64,000 nucleotides of DNA from Escherichia coli (GTDB lineage: Bacteria; Pseudomonadota; Gammaproteobacteria; Enterobacterales; Enterobacteriaceae), in assembly GCF_017348835.2 (NCBI RefSeq), contig NZ_CP071375.1. One strand, 5' to 3'. Below, piece after piece: positions 1-14,291 of the stretch. Positions within the stretch are counted from its first letter, which is position 1. Each line of letters opens with the position of its first letter. Below the pieces are notes generated by a model. It searched no databases and had not been told where the DNA came from. It saw only the letters and a list, made by a program, of their open reading frames with translations. Position numbers and translations under genes: made by a program.

Positions 1-2330
1 AGTGGCCCGTCAACGTGGATTAAGGTCAGCGGTTCTGGCAGAGAAAGATTGATGGGCGACGATAAACCCGGTTCCAGCATTTGCAGCGCGCTGCCGACCA
101 CTTCTTCCAGCGTTAACCACTCTTTCTTCAAATTAAAGCCGCCGGACTGAATTCGCGCCATATCCAGTAGATTATTCACCAGTCGGGTAGTGTTCAGCAC
201 GTGCTGACGGATCTCGCTGGCCTGGCGGGCGTGGGGTGATCCTTCGCTTGCCAGATCGAGCGTTAAGATTTCTGCCTGACCAAACAGCACCGTAAGCGGA
301 GTGCGTAAATCATGCGAAAGCGCCGCCAGCAGGGCGTTACGGATCTGTTCACGTTCGCTTGCCATCCGCGCCTGTTCTTCGCTGGCGGTCAGCGTCAGCC
401 GCTCAAGCGCATTGGCGACTAACAGCGTAAACGTCTCCAGCAGGCGCTGCTGTTCCGGGATCATCAACTGACGCAGATTCCCCGGTTCCACCACCACCAG
501 CCCGTAGGTTTTCTCACCGCTTTTTAACGGCAAAATCTGGTACGGCACGCCGGGTAACGTGTCGGTGCCCGCACCCGCAGGCAGGCCTTTATCAAAACTC
601 CACTGCGCGATGGCATCGTCCCACGGCGTCATTCCTTGCGGATGTGTTAACGGCTGCAATTTACCGTTGTCATCGGGCAACAACACCTGACTGCGGGCAT
701 GAAACGTGGAGGCAATAAATTGTTCGCTGGTGGCGGCGATGTCCTGCGGACTGCGGCCCACCGCCAGAGCTTTCGACATTTCATATAAGTGCCGTGTGCG
801 TTGCTCGCGGTAACGGGCTACCCGCGCCTGATAACGCACACCCGCAGTAAGGTTCCCGATCACCAGCCCGACGGTTAACATCACCGCGAAGGTCAGCAGA
901 TATTGCACATCAGAGACGGCGAGCGTGCCGCGTGGGGCGATAAAAAAGAGATCGAAACTCACCACATTAATGACGGTAGCAACCACCGAAGGCCAGCGTC
1001 CATAAAATAGCGCCACCACCACCACGCCAAGTAGATACAGCATCACCAGGTTGGCGGCATCAAACGCCATCAGCCACTGCATGGCAATTAAGGTGATAAC
1101 GGCGCATAACGCGGCGGCAACCACGCATCCCTGAATCTGTACCCGCCACTTGTCTTTAAAAGAGCGGCTATCCGGCGCGTTGTTAATCGTGCGGGCGGGT
1201 GGTTCATCAAGCGCGACCAGAACCTGATCGAGATCGGGGGCGATGCGCGCCAGCCGGTCAGCAAACGTTTCCCGACGCCACCAGCGGCGCGAGGCTGGGC
1301 GACCGAGAATAATCTTACCGAGATTATGTTCACGGGCATAACGCACTACCGCTTTCTCTTCCGCTGGATCAGAAAGTGTTGCCGTCTCCGCGCCCAGCTC
1401 CTGCGCCAGACGTAAGGCGCTGAGAATTGCCCGACGTTTTTTCTCCGGTAAGCGATGCAGGGCAGGGGTTTCAACATACACCGCGTGCCAGACGCTCCCC
1501 AGCCGTGACGCCAGCCGCGCCGCCGCGCGGACCAGTTTTTCGCTGCCGGTGTTATGGCCGATGCATAAAAGGATCGCGTCGCGCGTGTGCCAGACTTTCT
1601 CTTCGCCAGGATGCCCCCGCCAGGCGCGCATTTGCTCATCAACGCGATCGGCAGTACGGCGCAGTGCCAGTTCGCGCAGGGCGATCAGATTGCCTTTGCG
1701 GAAAAAATGTTCAATGGCGCGCTCCGCCTGCCCGGCAATATAGACTTTGCCTTCTTTCAGCCGCTGGCGCAGATCGTCCGGGGGCAAGTCCACCAGAACC
1801 ACGTCGTCGGCGGCATCGAAAAAAGGATCGGGCACGGTTTCCCGTACCTGAATTCCGGTGACGCCGCTGACCACATCATTCAGGCTTTCCAGATGTTGAA
1901 CGTTGACGGTAGTGAAAACATCAATACCAACTTCCAGCAGTTCTTCGATATCCTGCCAGCGTTTGGGATGACGGGAACCTGGCGCATTACTGTGCGCCAG
2001 TTCGTCCATTAAGATCAGCGCCGGGCGGCGGGCGAGGGCGGCATCGAGATCAAACTCGCTTATATGCCGCCCACGGTACGCCTGGCGTTTTAACGGCAGA
2101 ACAGCCAGCCCTTCCAGCATGGCGGCGGTATCTTTTCGCCCGTGGGTTTCTACCACGCCAACCACAATATCCAGCCCTTGCGCCCGCAGTCGCTGGGCTT
2201 CTGCCAGCATCGCCCAGGTCTTCCCGACGCCTGCGCAGGCACCGAAGAAAACTTTCAGCTTCCCCCGATGCGGCGCGGCAGTTTGTTCCAGCAGACGATC
2301 GGGGTCGGGACGTAAGGGTTCGTTATTCAT
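1..2330 (-). CDS. kdpD: Sensor histidine kinase KdpD; C-terminal ~115 codons lie outside the window
   Basis: Reverse-strand translation begins [16 protein letters not shown] at 2330 and continues to the window edge in the ...[15 protein letters not shown] region; start overlaps the kdpC stop (GATGAATAA). Confidence 0.9.
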   Translation of the reverse strand, partial: MNNEPLRPDPDRLLEQTAAPHRGKLKVFFGACAGVGKTWAMLAEAQRLRAQGLDIVVGVVETHGRKDTAAMLEGLAVLPLKRQAYRGRHISEFDLDAALARRPALILMDELAHSNAPGSRHPKRWQDIEELLEVGIDVFTTVNVQHLESLNDVVSGVTGIQVRETVPDPFFDAADDVVLVDLPPDDLRQRLKEGKVYIAGQAERAIEHFFRKGNLIALRELALRRTADRVDEQMRAWRGHPGEEKVWHTRDAILLCIGHNTGSEKLVRAAARLASRLGSVWHAVYVETPALHRLPEKKRRAILSALRLAQELGAETATLSDPAEEKAVVRYAREHNLGKIILGRPASRRWWRRETFADRLARIAPDLDQVLVALDEPPARTINNAPDSRSFKDKWRVQIQGCVVAAALCAVITLIAMQWLMAFDAANLVMLYLLGVVVVALFYGRWPSVVATVINVVSFDLFFIAPRGTLAVSDVQYLLTFAVMLTVGLVIGNLTAGVRYQARVARYREQRTRHLYEMSKALAVGRSPQDIAATSEQFIASTFHARSQVLLPDDNGKLQPLTHPQGMTPWDDAIAQWSFDKGLPAGAGTDTLPGVPYQILPLKSGEKTYGLVVVEPGNLRQLMIPEQQRLLETFTLLVANALERLTLTASEEQARMASEREQIRNALLAALSHDLRTPLTVLFGQAEILTLDLASEGSPHARQASEIRQHVLNTTRLVNNLLDMARIQSGGFNLKKEWLTLEEVVGSALQMLEPGLSSPINLSLPEPLTLIHVDGP

Positions 2331-2895
2331 CAAGTTTATCCAGCGCCAGATTGAGTTCGACAATGTTGACGATCGGCTGGCCGATATATTTCACCAGTGG
2401 TTGTTGGCTGTATTTTGCGATCAGTTGCGTGAGCTGTTCAACGCTGAGATTACGCGCTTTCGCTACGCGTGGGATCTGCCAGGCCGCCGCTTGTGGGGTG
2501 ATGTTATTGTCCAGCCCGCTTGCCGACGCCGTCACCAGTTCAACCGGAACGTTCGCGCTGGCATCCGGGTTAGTGGCCCGTAATGCAGCAACGCGTGCGG
2601 CTATTAGTTTATTCAGCTCAGGGTTACTGACTGCCAGATTGCTCCCGCCAGAAGCCTGTGGATTATAGGGCATTTCTGCCGTTGCCGACGGGCGACCATG
2701 AAAATAGCCGTTGCCGGTAAAATTCTGCCCGATTAATGCCGAACCGCGCACCGTATCACCTTCACGAATCAACGAACCATTGGCCTGCCAGGGAAACCAC
2801 CATTGCCCCAGCACGGTGGTCAGCAGCGGGTAAACGCCGCCAGTAATCAATAACAGAAAGATAAATGTCGATAATGCCGGACGTAATCCACCCAT
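2323..2895 (-). CDS. kdpC: K+-transporting ATPase subunit C
   Basis: ORF 2323..2919; internal ATG at 2895 ([15 protein letters not shown]...) has a GAGG RBS and gives ~190 aa matching KdpC; 8 nt after the kdpB stop. Confidence 0.9.
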   Translation of the reverse strand: MGGLRPALSTFIFLLLITGGVYPLLTTVLGQWWFPWQANGSLIREGDTVRGSALIGQNFTGNGYFHGRPSATAEMPYNPQASGGSNLAVSNPELNKLIAARVAALRATNPDASANVPVELVTASASGLDNNITPQAAAWQIPRVAKARNLSVEQLTQLIAKYSQQPLVKYIGQPIVNIVELNLALDKLDE

Positions 2896-2903
2896 GGTAA
2901 ACC

Positions 2904-4952
2904 TCACACCAGACCGCAAACGGTCAGCAGTAAATCAATGACTTTGATACCAATAAACGGCACCAGCAGCCCACCCAGACCGTAAATCCATAAGTTACGG
3001 CGCAACATGGCAGAAGCGGTAAGCGGTTTATAACTCACGCCTTTTAACGCCAGGGGAATCAAAAAGACGATAATCAAGGCGTTGAAAATAACCGCACTGA
3101 GAATGGCGGAGTCGGGCGAATGCAGGCGCATGATGTTCAGCGCATTTAACTGCGGATACGTTACCGCGAATGCCGCCGGAATAATGGCGAAGTATTTCGC
3201 CACATCGTTGGCAATGCTGAAGGTGGTCAGCGAGCCACGGGTCATCAGCATCTGTTTGCCAATATGTACCACCTCGATCAACTTGGTCGGGTTAGAGTCG
3301 AGATCCACCATATTGCCCGCTTCTTTCGCCGCCTGAGTACCAGAGTTCATCGCCACCGCGACATCTGCCTGCGCCAGCGCCGGAGCATCGTTGGTGCCGT
3401 CGCCGGTCATCGCTACCAAACGGCCTTCCGCCTGATACTGACGGATCAATGCCAGCTTGGCCTCCGGTGTCGCTTCGGCGAGAAAATCATCGACGCCCGC
3501 TTCCGCGGCAATGGCGGCGGCAGTCAGACGGTTATCGCCGGTAATCATCACCGTTTTAATACCCATTTTGCGCAGCTGGGCGAAGCGTTCTTTAATGCCG
3601 CCTTTGACGATATCTTTCAACGCAATAACGCCCAGCACACGAGAACCTTCCACCACTACCAGCGGCGTGGCTCCCTGACGCGCAACCTGATCGACTTTTT
3701 GATCAACATCGGCAGGGAAGTGACCACCGTTAGCCTCAACGTGGCGGCGAATGGCATCGACAGAACCTTTACGGATCATGCGGTTGTCGATGTTGATCCC
3801 GCTCATCCGGCTTTGCGCAGTAAACGGTACAAAGGTGGCATGGAGCGACTGCACATCGCGCTCGCGCAGGTTAAAACGCTGCTTGGCGAGGATCACAATA
3901 CTGCGGCCTTCCGGCGTTTCATCAGCCAGCGAAGCCAGTTGTGCGGCGTCAGCCAGCGTTTTTTCATCCACGCCCTGCGCAGGGATAAACTCCGATGCCT
4001 GACGGTTACCGAGCGTGATGGTGCCGGTTTTATCCAGCAGCAAGACGTCAACGTCACCCGCCGCTTCAACCGCCCGCCCGCTGGTGGCAATCACATTCGC
4101 GCCCAGCATCCGACTCATCCCGGCGACGCCGATCGCTGACAACAGGCCGCCAATAGTGGTTGGGATCAGACAGACCAGCAGCGCCACCAGTACCGTTACG
4201 CTGACTGCATTACCGCCCCACGCGGAAAACGGCCACAGTGTGGCGGTTGCCAGTAAAAAGACGATAGTCAGGGCAATCAGCAGGATGGTCAGGGCAATCT
4301 CGTTCGGCGTTTTGCGTCGCTGTGCGCCTTCCACCATCGCGATCATCCGATCCAGAAATGTCTCGCCGGGGTTAACGCTACACTCAATCACCAGCCAGTC
4401 AGAAAGAATACGCGTGCCGCCGGTGACGGAGGCAAAATCGCCGCCGGATTCACGGATCACCGGTGCCGATTCCCCGGTGATGGCGCTTTCATCGACCGAT
4501 GCGCCGCCTTCAATGACTTCACCATCGCAGGGGATAATATCGCCAGCTTCTACCAGCACGATGTCACCTTTACGCAGTTGATCGGCAGGAACTTTGTCTG
4601 CCACAGCGCCATATTTCGGTTCGCGCAGCTTGCGAGCAAAAGCAGTTTTTTTCACTCCTTTCAGACTGTTGGCCTGCGCTTTACTGCGGCCTTCTGCCAG
4701 CGCCTCGGCGAAATTAGCGAACAGTACGGTGATCCACAGCCAACCGCTAATGGCCGCGCTAAACAGCGCATTGCCGGGCATCGCACCGCTTGCCATCGCG
4801 ATGCTAATACAGGTGGTCAGCAGACTGCCGATCCAGACGATAAACATCACCGGATTGCGCCATTGCGCCTGCGGGTTTAATTTTTTCACCGCTTCTTTCA
4901 GCGCCTGAACGACAAGTGTTGGTTCGAATAGCGCCAGTTGTTTACGACTCAT
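2904..4952 (-). CDS. kdpB: K+-transporting P-type ATPase subunit B
   Basis: 682-aa ORF starting [37 protein letters not shown] with P-type ATPase motifs ([21 protein letters not shown]). Confidence 0.95.
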   Translation of the reverse strand: MSRKQLALFEPTLVVQALKEAVKKLNPQAQWRNPVMFIVWIGSLLTTCISIAMASGAMPGNALFSAAISGWLWITVLFANFAEALAEGRSKAQANSLKGVKKTAFARKLREPKYGAVADKVPADQLRKGDIVLVEAGDIIPCDGEVIEGGASVDESAITGESAPVIRESGGDFASVTGGTRILSDWLVIECSVNPGETFLDRMIAMVEGAQRRKTPNEIALTILLIALTIVFLLATATLWPFSAWGGNAVSVTVLVALLVCLIPTTIGGLLSAIGVAGMSRMLGANVIATSGRAVEAAGDVDVLLLDKTGTITLGNRQASEFIPAQGVDEKTLADAAQLASLADETPEGRSIVILAKQRFNLRERDVQSLHATFVPFTAQSRMSGINIDNRMIRKGSVDAIRRHVEANGGHFPADVDQKVDQVARQGATPLVVVEGSRVLGVIALKDIVKGGIKERFAQLRKMGIKTVMITGDNRLTAAAIAAEAGVDDFLAEATPEAKLALIRQYQAEGRLVAMTGDGTNDAPALAQADVAVAMNSGTQAAKEAGNMVDLDSNPTKLIEVVHIGKQMLMTRGSLTTFSIANDVAKYFAIIPAAFAVTYPQLNALNIMRLHSPDSAILSAVIFNALIIVFLIPLALKGVSYKPLTASAMLRRNLWIYGLGGLLVPFIGIKVIDLLLTVCGLV

Positions 4953-4974
4953 ATTCAGTGCTCACTCAATATCA

Positions 4975-6648
4975 TCAGGAGAGATATTCCGCCACCGGAC
5001 CAAGCGCTAGGGCAGGGATAAAGGTCAGTGCGCCAACCAGCAACACGGTGCCGATTAACAGGCCAACAAACAGCGGGCCGTGCGTTGGCAGCGTGCCGGA
5101 GCTGGCGGGTTGGCTCTTTTTACTCACCAGCGAACCGGCAATTGCCATCACCGGGATAATCACCCCGAAGCGACCGACAAACATGCAGAACGCCAGTAAA
5201 CAGTTCCAGAACGGAGAGTTGGCGCTTAATCCGGCAAAGGCGCTGCCGTTGTTGTTAGCGGCGGATGACACGGCGTACAGCACTTCGCTAAAACCATGCG
5301 GGCCAGGGTTGAGCATGGCGCTACGTCCGGCGTCGGTCATCATCGCCAGCGCCGCGCCCATCAGCACCAGTGTTGGAGTAACCAGAATCGCCAGTGCAGT
5401 CAATTTCATCTCACGTACGTCGATTTTTTTACCCAGATATTCCGGTGTACGACCAATCATCAGCCCGGCAATAAACACCGCCAGCAGGACAAACAGCATC
5501 ATGCCGTAAAGACCAGAACCGACACCGCCGAATACCACTTCACCAATTTGCATCAGCCACATCGGCACCATGCCACCGAGAGCGGTAAACGAATCATGCA
5601 TCGCAATCACCGCGCCACAGGAAGCCGCCGTAGTCACGACCGCAAACAGGCTACTGACCAGCACGCCGAAACGGCTCTCTTTACCTTCCATATTGATGCT
5701 GCTGTCCGCGCCCAGTGCCAGCAGATGCGGATTACCCTGAACTTCTGCCCACATCACCACGCCTACGCAGATGACAAAAATCACTGACATCGCCCACAGC
5801 AACATGCGCCCCTGGCGGCGATCGCCCGTCACTTCACCAAAGGCAAAGCACAGCGCTGTTGGGATCAAGAAGATCGCCAGCATCTGCACGAAGTTGGTCA
5901 GTGCGGTTGGGTTTTCAAACGGATGCGACGAGTTGGCATTAAAGAAGCCACCGCCGTTAGTACCGAGCATCTTGATCGCTTCCTGAGAAGCTACTGGCCC
6001 CATGGGTAACAGCTGTTGCGCTCCTTCAACGGTATTCACTGCCTGATAGGGCAGAAAGTTTTGCAGCGCACCTTGTTGAATAAAAAACAGTGCGATCAAC
6101 AACGCCACAGGGACTAGCACCCATAACGTGATGCGTAGCAGATCGACCCAGGCATTCCCGAGTGTGCTCATGCTCTGGCGAGTAAACGCACGGATGAGGG
6201 CAAAAATCACCGCAATCCCGCTGGCGGCAGAAAGAAAGTTTTGTACCGTTAAGCCCGCCATCTGGCTGAAATAGCTCAACGTGGTTTCACCGCTATAAGA
6301 TTGCCAGTTGGTATTGGTGACAAAGCTGACGGCGGTATTCAGCGCCAGATCCCACGACAGCCCCGGCAACTGCTGTGGATTAAGCGGCAGATAGTGCTGA
6401 CCGAGCAACATAAAAAAAAGCACCGCCAGCCCCAGCATGTTCAGGCCGAGAATGGCACAGAGATATTGCTTCCAGTTCATCTCATGGTCAGAGACGCCAG
6501 GTAAACGAAAGAGTACGCGTTCAACGCCCGCTGTACCGGGAAGAGATATGTCATTAATCAGCCGTGCCAGCCCGCTGCCTAAAGGGCGCGCCAGCACCAT
6601 TAACACCAGTAAAAACGTGGCGATCAGTAAGAACCCTTGCGCAGCCAT
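4975..6648 (-). CDS. kdpA: K+-transporting ATPase subunit A
   Basis: ORF 4975..6792; 557-aa product from the internal start [26 protein letters not shown] matches KdpA; polytopic membrane protein. Confidence 0.9.
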   Translation of the reverse strand: MAAQGFLLIATFLLVLMVLARPLGSGLARLINDISLPGTAGVERVLFRLPGVSDHEMNWKQYLCAILGLNMLGLAVLFFMLLGQHYLPLNPQQLPGLSWDLALNTAVSFVTNTNWQSYSGETTLSYFSQMAGLTVQNFLSAASGIAVIFALIRAFTRQSMSTLGNAWVDLLRITLWVLVPVALLIALFFIQQGALQNFLPYQAVNTVEGAQQLLPMGPVASQEAIKMLGTNGGGFFNANSSHPFENPTALTNFVQMLAIFLIPTALCFAFGEVTGDRRQGRMLLWAMSVIFVICVGVVMWAEVQGNPHLLALGADSSINMEGKESRFGVLVSSLFAVVTTAASCGAVIAMHDSFTALGGMVPMWLMQIGEVVFGGVGSGLYGMMLFVLLAVFIAGLMIGRTPEYLGKKIDVREMKLTALAILVTPTLVLMGAALAMMTDAGRSAMLNPGPHGFSEVLYAVSSAANNNGSAFAGLSANSPFWNCLLAFCMFVGRFGVIIPVMAIAGSLVSKKSQPASSGTLPTHGPLFVGLLIGTVLLVGALTFIPALALGPVAEYLS

Positions 6649-6737
6649 CAGAACGCCTCCGCATTGATCAGGGCATAAACCAGATAACCCAGTAATAAAA
6701 ACACCAGCAATACGCCGGCTATCACGCCTGCACTCAC
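6648..6737 (-). CDS. kdpF: Small membrane peptide KdpF (29 aa, GTG start)
   Basis: Translation (V)[28 protein letters not shown] immediately upstream of and overlapping the kdpA start; matches the known 29-aa KdpF. Confidence 0.65.
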   Translation of the reverse strand: MSAGVIAGVLLVFLLLGYLVYALINAEAF

Positions 6738-6815
6738 AGTGCACCTCCAGTGGCCTAAAAGTGATACCGGAAGGGTAGAATTCTGGCTGCAAAGATTTCG
6801 CAAAAATCTGCGGGT

Positions 6816-6840
6816 GGGGTGTAAAAAAAGTATAAAAATG
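6816..6840 (-). promoter_or_regulatory. Candidate KdpE binding site / kdpFABC promoter
   Basis: Reverse strand reads CATTTTTATACTTTTTTTACACCCCACCCG about 80 bp upstream of kdpF, resembling the T-rich direct-repeat KdpE box. Confidence 0.5.
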
Positions 6841-7049
6841 GCAAAAGCCATGATTTAACTAATGTTTAGTATTAATTTAACTTTTGTGTAACTTAATTAC
6901 AGGGTGAATGTAAATAAACCATCAATAAGCAAAAATAAGTGGTCGGATGAGTAGTAAAATTACACAAAAGGCGGTACTATTTTCATCAGATAAACAAATT
7001 CATTTTTCCGGTGCTATTCACCGGGTAGATACAAAAGGGGGAGAAAAGT

Positions 7050-7256
7050 ATGGAACTCTACAGAGAATATCCTGCATGGCTTATCTTTTTACGCCGTACT
7101 TATGCGGTTGCAGCGGGCGTTCTGGCGCTGCCTTTCATGCTTTTCTGGAAAGACCGCGCCCGCTTTTACAGCTACCTGCATCGCGTCTGGTCGAAAACCA
7201 GCGATAAACCGGTGTGGATGGATCAGGCCGAAAAGGCAACTGGTGATTTTTACTGA
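7050..7256 (+). CDS. ybfA: Small membrane protein YbfA (DUF2517)
   Basis: 68-aa [38 protein letters not shown]...; divergent from the kdp operon as in E. coli. Confidence 0.8.
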
Positions 7257-7357
7257 TTGCTGAGTTCTGAATACATTGAAAACCGCTAGTGGAAACGCTG
7301 GCGGTTTTTTTCTTTTCGCCGTCTACACTTACTCCTGTAAACCGTTCAGGAGCAGTA

Positions 7358-7867
7358 ATGAATCAGCAACGATTTGATGACAGCACCCTAATCCGTATCT
7401 TCGCCCTTCATGAGTTACATCGACTGAAAGAACATGGCTTAACGCGCGGGGCGCTTCTCGATTATCACAGCCGCTATAAACTCGTCTTTCTGGCTCATTC
7501 CCAGCCGGAATACCGCAAACTTGGCCCGTTCGTGGCTGATATTCACCAGTGGCAAAATCTGGATGACTATTACAACCAGTACCGCCAACGCGTAGTTGTT
7601 TTGCTTTCTCACCCCGCCAACCGACGTGACCACACCAACGTTTTGATGCACGTTCAGGGTTATTTTCGCCCGCATATTGATTCCACAGAACGCCAGCAGC
7701 TGGCTGCGCTTATCGACAGTTATCGCCGTGGCGAGCAACCGCTTCTTGCGCCGCTGATGCGTATCAAACACTATATGGCGCTTTATCCTGACGCCTGGCT
7801 TTCAGGGCAGCGTTATTTCGAACTTTGGCCGCGTGTGATTAACTTGCGCCATTCAGGAGTTTTATGA
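7358..7867 (+). CDS. ybgA: DUF1722 protein YbgA
   Basis: ORF 7289..7867; internal start MNQQRFDDSTLIRIFALHELHRL gives ~169 aa; stop overlaps the phr start. Confidence 0.8.
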   Translation: MNQQRFDDSTLIRIFALHELHRLKEHGLTRGALLDYHSRYKLVFLAHSQPEYRKLGPFVADIHQWQNLDDYYNQYRQRVVVLLSHPANRRDHTNVLMHVQGYFRPHIDSTERQQLAALIDSYRRGEQPLLAPLMRIKHYMALYPDAWLSGQRYFELWPRVINLRHSGVL

Positions 7868-9282
7868 CTACCCATCTGGTCTGGTTTCGCCAGGATTTAC
7901 GTCTGCATGATAATCTCGCGCTGGCTGCCGCCTGCCGCAATTCGTCTGCACGCGTGCTGGCGTTGTATATCGCTACACCACGCCAGTGGGCGGCGCATAA
8001 TATGTCGCCGCGTCAGGCTGAACTTATCAATGCTCAACTGAACGGGCTACAAATCGCGCTGGCGGAAAAAGGCATTCCTTTATTGTTCCGTGAAGTGGAT
8101 GACTTTGCCGCCAGCGTCGAAATAGTTAAACAGGTGTGCGCGGAAAACAGCGTTACTCATCTTTTTTATAACTATCAGTATGAGGTGAATGAGCGGGCGC
8201 GGGATGTGCAGGTTGAGAGAACGCTGCGTAACGTGGTGTGTGAAGGATTTGATGACAGCGTGATCCTGCCGCCTGGCGCGGTGATGACCGGCAATCATGA
8301 GATGTACAAAGTCTTTACGCCTTTTCAAAATGCCTGGCTGAAACGGCTGCGGGAAGGGATGCCGGAGTGCGTCGCTGCACCAAAAGTTCGTAGTAGCGGA
8401 TCGATAAAGCCCGCGCCATCAATTACGCTGAATTATCCTCGTCAGTCTTTCGATACTGCGCATTTTCCGATGGAAGAAAAAGCGGCGATTGCGCAATTAC
8501 GCCAGTTTTGCCAGAACGGTGCCGGAGAATATGAGCAACAACGAGATTTTCCGGCAGTTGAAGGCACCAGCCGTTTGTCCGCCAGCCTGGCAACGGGCGG
8601 GTTATCACCTCGCCAGTGTTTGCATCGCCTGTTGGCGGAACAGCCGCAGGCGCTGGACGGTGGGGCCGGTAGTGTCTGGCTTAGTGAGCTGATCTGGCGC
8701 GAGTTCTACCGTCATCTGATGACGTATTACCCCTCGTTGTGTAAACATCGTCCATTTATTGCCTGGACGGATCGTGTGCAGTGGCAAAGCAATCCCGCCC
8801 ATTTAAAGGCCTGGCAGAAAGGCAAAACGGGATACCCGATTGTTGATGCCGCTATGCGTCAGCTTAACAGCACTGGCTGGATGCATAACCGGCTACGGAT
8901 GATTACAGCCAGTTTTCTGGTGAAAGATTTGTTGATCGACTGGCGCGAAGGCGAGCGATATTTCATGTCGCAGCTGATTGATGGTGATTTGGCAGCCAAT
9001 AACGGTGGCTGGCAGTGGGCGGCTTCTACGGGTACTGATGCAGCGCCGTATTTTCGTATTTTCAACCCGACAACCCAGGGCGAGAAATTTGACCGCGAAG
9101 GCGAGTTTATCCGCCAGTGGCTACCGGAACTACGCAATGTACCGGGGAAATCGGTGCATGAGCCGTGGAAGTGGGCGCAGAAAGCAGGTGTGAAGCTGGA
9201 TTATCCGCAACCGATAGTCGAGCACAAAGAGGCGAGAGTACAAACGTTGGCAGCGTATGAGGCGGCGCGGAAGGGGAAATAA
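7864..9282 (+). CDS. phr: Deoxyribodipyrimidine photolyase
   Basis: 472-aa ORF MTTHLVWFRQDLRLHDNLALAAAC... with photolyase/cryptochrome FAD-binding C-terminal region (WMHNRLRMITASFLVKDL). Confidence 0.95.
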   Translation: MTTHLVWFRQDLRLHDNLALAAACRNSSARVLALYIATPRQWAAHNMSPRQAELINAQLNGLQIALAEKGIPLLFREVDDFAASVEIVKQVCAENSVTHLFYNYQYEVNERARDVQVERTLRNVVCEGFDDSVILPPGAVMTGNHEMYKVFTPFQNAWLKRLREGMPECVAAPKVRSSGSIKPAPSITLNYPRQSFDTAHFPMEEKAAIAQLRQFCQNGAGEYEQQRDFPAVEGTSRLSASLATGGLSPRQCLHRLLAEQPQALDGGAGSVWLSELIWREFYRHLMTYYPSLCKHRPFIAWTDRVQWQSNPAHLKAWQKGKTGYPIVDAAMRQLNSTGWMHNRLRMITASFLVKDLLIDWREGERYFMSQLIDGDLAANNGGWQWAASTGTDAAPYFRIFNPTTQGEKFDREGEFIRQWLPELRNVPGKSVHEPWKWAQKAGVKLDYPQPIVEHKEARVQTLAAYEAARKGK

Positions 9283-9310
9283 CAGACGCGTCAGGCAATC
9301 GAGCCCAGAT

Positions 9311-9416
9311 GCCGGATGCGGCGTGAACGCCTTATCCAGCCTACAAATTTGTGCAAATTCAATAAATTGCAGGAAATACGTAGGCCTGATAAGACGCGTC
9401 AAGCGTCGCATCAGGC
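9311..9416. repeat. REP/BIME palindromic units between convergent phr and dtpD
   Basis: gccggatgcggcgtgaacgccttatccagcctac (9311-9344) and gtaggcctgataagacgcgtcaagcgtcgcatcaggc (9381-9416), typical enterobacterial REP sequences. Confidence 0.85.
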
Positions 9417-9431
9417 ATCGGTGCTGGCCTA

Positions 9432-11096
<1,665 letters not shown>

Positions 11097-11183
11097 TTAA
11101 TATGTCAAAAGATTGGCTATCGACGAACTGGCGAGGTAACGCTATGTTAACGGTGTAGCTATCAGAATACGGAAGGCGCGAAG

Positions 11184-11927
11184 ATGAAAAACACCGAACT
11201 GGAACAACTGATTAACGAAAAACTGAACAGCGCGGCGATTAGTGATTACGCGCCGAATGGTTTGCAGGTAGAAGGCAAAGAGACGGTGCAAAAAATTGTT
11301 ACCGGTGTCACTGCCAGCCAGGCTTTGCTCGATGAGGCAGTGCGTCTGGGCGCGGATGCGGTCATTGTGCATCATGGCTACTTCTGGAAAGGAGAGTCTC
11401 CGGTCATTCGCGGAATGAAGCGTAACCGTTTAAAAACGTTGCTGGCGAATGATATCAACCTGTATGGCTGGCATTTGCCGCTTGACGCACATCCTGAGCT
11501 GGGCAATAACGCACAGCTGGCGGCGTTACTGGGGATCACGGTCATGGGCGAAATTGAGCCGTTGGTGCCGTGGGGCGAACTGACCATGCCTGTGCCGGGA
11601 CTGGAGCTGGCTTCCTGGATTGAAGCGCGTCTGGGACGTAAGCCGTTATGGTGTGGCGATACCGGACCTGAGGTGGTCCAGCGCGTCGCCTGGTGCACGG
11701 GCGGCGGGCAAAGTTTTATCGATAGCGCCGCGCGTTTTGGCGTGGATGCTTTTATTACTGGCGAAGTTTCTGAACAGACCATTCATTCAGCCCGCGAGCA
11801 GGGATTGCATTTTTATGCTGCAGGTCACCATGCCACTGAACGTGGTGGTATTCGCGCATTGAGCGAGTGGCTGAATGAAAATACCGATCTTGATGTGACC
11901 TTTATTGATATTCCTAATCCTGCATAA
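11184..11927 (+). CDS. ybgI: Nif3-family metal-binding protein YbgI
   Basis: 247-aa ORF MKNTELEQLINEKLNSAAISDYAPNGLQVEGKE... Confidence 0.85.
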   Translation: MKNTELEQLINEKLNSAAISDYAPNGLQVEGKETVQKIVTGVTASQALLDEAVRLGADAVIVHHGYFWKGESPVIRGMKRNRLKTLLANDINLYGWHLPLDAHPELGNNAQLAALLGITVMGEIEPLVPWGELTMPVPGLELASWIEARLGRKPLWCGDTGPEVVQRVAWCTGGGQSFIDSAARFGVDAFITGEVSEQTIHSAREQGLHFYAAGHHATERGGIRALSEWLNENTDLDVTFIDIPNPA

Positions 11928-11949
11928 CGAATAATCAGAGGGATCGAAA

Positions 11950-12606
11950 GTGCAACGAGCGCGTTGTTATCTGATAGGTGAAACGGCGGTAGTGCTGGAA
12001 CTGGAACCGCCGGTGACGCTGGCTAGCCAGAAACGGATCTGGCGACTGGCGCAGCGTCTGGTGGATATGCCGAATGTGGTTGAAGCCATTCCCGGCATGA
12101 ACAATATCACGGTGATTTTGCGTAATCCTGAGTCGCTGGCGCTGGATGCCATAGAGCGTTTGCAACGCTGGTGGGAGGAGAGCGAGGCCCTGGAACCTGA
12201 GTCTCGCTTTATTGAAATTCCGGTGGTTTACGGTGGTGCAGGCGGACCGGATTTGGCGGTGGTCGCGGCGCATTGCGGGTTGAGCGAAAAACAGGTTGTT
12301 GAATTGCACTCCTCCGTGGAATACGTGGTCTGGTTTTTAGGTTTTCAACCGGGCTTCCCGTATCTCGGGAGTTTGCCGGAACAACTACACACGCCACGGC
12401 GCGCTGAACCGCGCTTGCTCGTTCCGGCAGGTTCTGTCGGGATCGGCGGGCCGCAGACTGGTGTTTATCCGCTGGCAACGCCGGGTGGCTGGCAGTTGAT
12501 TGGTCATACCTCACTCAGCCTGTTTGATCCGGCGCGTGACGAACCCATCTTATTACGTCCGGGAGACAGCGTGCGCTTTGTACCGCAAAAGGAGGGAGTA
12601 TGCTGA
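11950..12606 (+). CDS. pxpB: 5-oxoprolinase subunit B (allophanate hydrolase subunit 1 family)
   Basis: 218-aa ORF starting (V)[21 protein letters not shown]; position and sequence match ybgJ/pxpB. Confidence 0.8.
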
Positions 12607-13532
12607 AGATTATTCGTGCGGGCATGTATACCACTGTGCAAGATGGCGGTCGTCACGGTTTTCGCCAGTCGGGTATCAGCCACTGCGGCGCACTGGATAT
12701 GCCTGCGTTACGCATTGCTAACCTGCTGGTGGGTAATGACGCCAATGCCCCCGCGCTGGAGATCACGCTCGGTCAGTTAACGGTTGAGTTCGAAACTGAT
12801 GGGTGGTTTGCTCTGACGGGTGCCGGTTGCGAAGCGCGGCTGGATGATAATGCCGTCTGGACCGGCTGGCGATTGCCGATGAAAGCAGGCCAGCGTTTAA
12901 CGCTTAAACGCCCGCAGCACGGGATGCGCAGTTATCTGGCGGTCGCGGGTGGTATTGATGTTCCGCCGGTAATGGGATCATGCAGCACCGATCTCAAAGT
13001 GGGGATTGGCGGGCTGGAAGGCCGTTTACTGAAGGATGGTGACCGACTCCCGATTGGCAAATCGAAGCGTGATTTTATGGAAGCGCAGGGCGTTAAACAG
13101 CTGCTGTGGGGCAACCGCATTCGCGCCTTGCCGGGGCCGGAATATCATGAGTTCGATCGCGCCTCGCAGGATGCATTCTGGCGTTCGCCCTGGCAGCTTA
13201 GCTCGCAAAGTAACCGCATGGGCTATCGCTTACAGGGGCAAATTTTAAAACGCACCACCGATCGCGAACTGTTATCTCACGGTTTGTTACCGGGCGTGGT
13301 GCAGGTGCCGCATAACGGGCAGCCGATTGTGTTGATGAACGACGCACAGACCACCGGTGGTTACCCGCGTATTGCCTGTATCATTGAGGCTGATATGTAC
13401 CATCTGGCGCAAATTCCGCTCGGTCAGCCGATTCATTTTGTCCAGTGTTCACTGGAAGAGGCACTGAAAGCGCGGCAAGATCAGCAACGTTATTTTGAAC
13501 AATTAGCGTGGCGGCTGCACAATGAAAATTGA
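12600..13532 (+). CDS. pxpC: 5-oxoprolinase subunit C (allophanate hydrolase subunit 2 family)
   Basis: 310-aa [36 protein letters not shown]...; overlaps neighbouring genes as in ybgJKL. Confidence 0.8.
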
Positions 13533-14256
13533 CCTGAACGCCGATCTGGGCGAAGGCTGCGCCAGCGACGCAGAGCTATTAACGCTGGTTTCCTCTGCCA
13601 ATATTGCCTGTGGATTTCATGCAGGCGATGCGCAAACCATGCATGCTTGCGTGCGTGAAGCAATAAAAAATGGTGTTGCAATTGGCGCTCACCCGAGTTT
13701 TCCCGACAGGGAAAATTTTGGTCGCAGCGCCATGCAGCTGCCGCCAGAAACCGTTTACGCCCAGACGCTGTATCAAATTGGCGCGCTGGCAACGATTGCC
13801 CGTGCGCAAGGCGGCGTAATGCGTCATGTCAAACCGCACGGCATGTTGTACAACCAGGCGGCGAAAGAAGCACAACTGGCAGACGCCATCGCCAGAGCGG
13901 TATACGCTTGCGATCCAGCATTGGTTCTCGTTGGGCTGGCAGGAAGCGAGCTGATTCGTGCAGGCAAGCAATATGGCCTGACAACGCGCGAGGAAGTGTT
14001 TGCCGATCGCGGTTATCAGGCTGACGGCTCGCTGGTGCCGCGAAGCCAGTCAGGCGCGTTGATTGAAAACGAAGAACAGGCGCTGGCGCAAACGTTGGAG
14101 ATGGTGCAACACGGCAGAGTCAAAAGTATCACCGGCGAATGGGCAACAGTCACGGCGCAAACGGTCTGCCTGCATGGCGACGGCGAGCACGCACTGGCGT
14201 TCGCCCGCCGACTACGCTCTGCATTTGCCGAAAAGGGGATTGTTGTCGCAGCATAA
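13522..14256 (+). CDS. pxpA: 5-oxoprolinase subunit A (LamB/YcsF family)
   Basis: 244-aa [39 protein letters not shown]... Confidence 0.8.
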   Translation: MKIDLNADLGEGCASDAELLTLVSSANIACGFHAGDAQTMHACVREAIKNGVAIGAHPSFPDRENFGRSAMQLPPETVYAQTLYQIGALATIARAQGGVMRHVKPHGMLYNQAAKEAQLADAIARAVYACDPALVLVGLAGSELIRAGKQYGLTTREEVFADRGYQADGSLVPRSQSGALIENEEQALAQTLEMVQHGRVKSITGEWATVTAQTVCLHGDGEHALAFARRLRSAFAEKGIVVAA

Positions 14257-14291
14257 CCCCGATTAATAAAGAATGAAAAAAGGATATCACC

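Noticed and set aside
3264-4139. 291-aa plus-strand ORF inside kdpB (and similar ORFs 1427-2012 inside kdpD, 16719-17285 inside ybgO, 18121-18870 inside ybgQ, 48276-49214 inside cydA)
   Set aside because: All overlap strongly supported genes on the opposite strand and have no recognisable motifs; treated as spurious six-frame ORFs.
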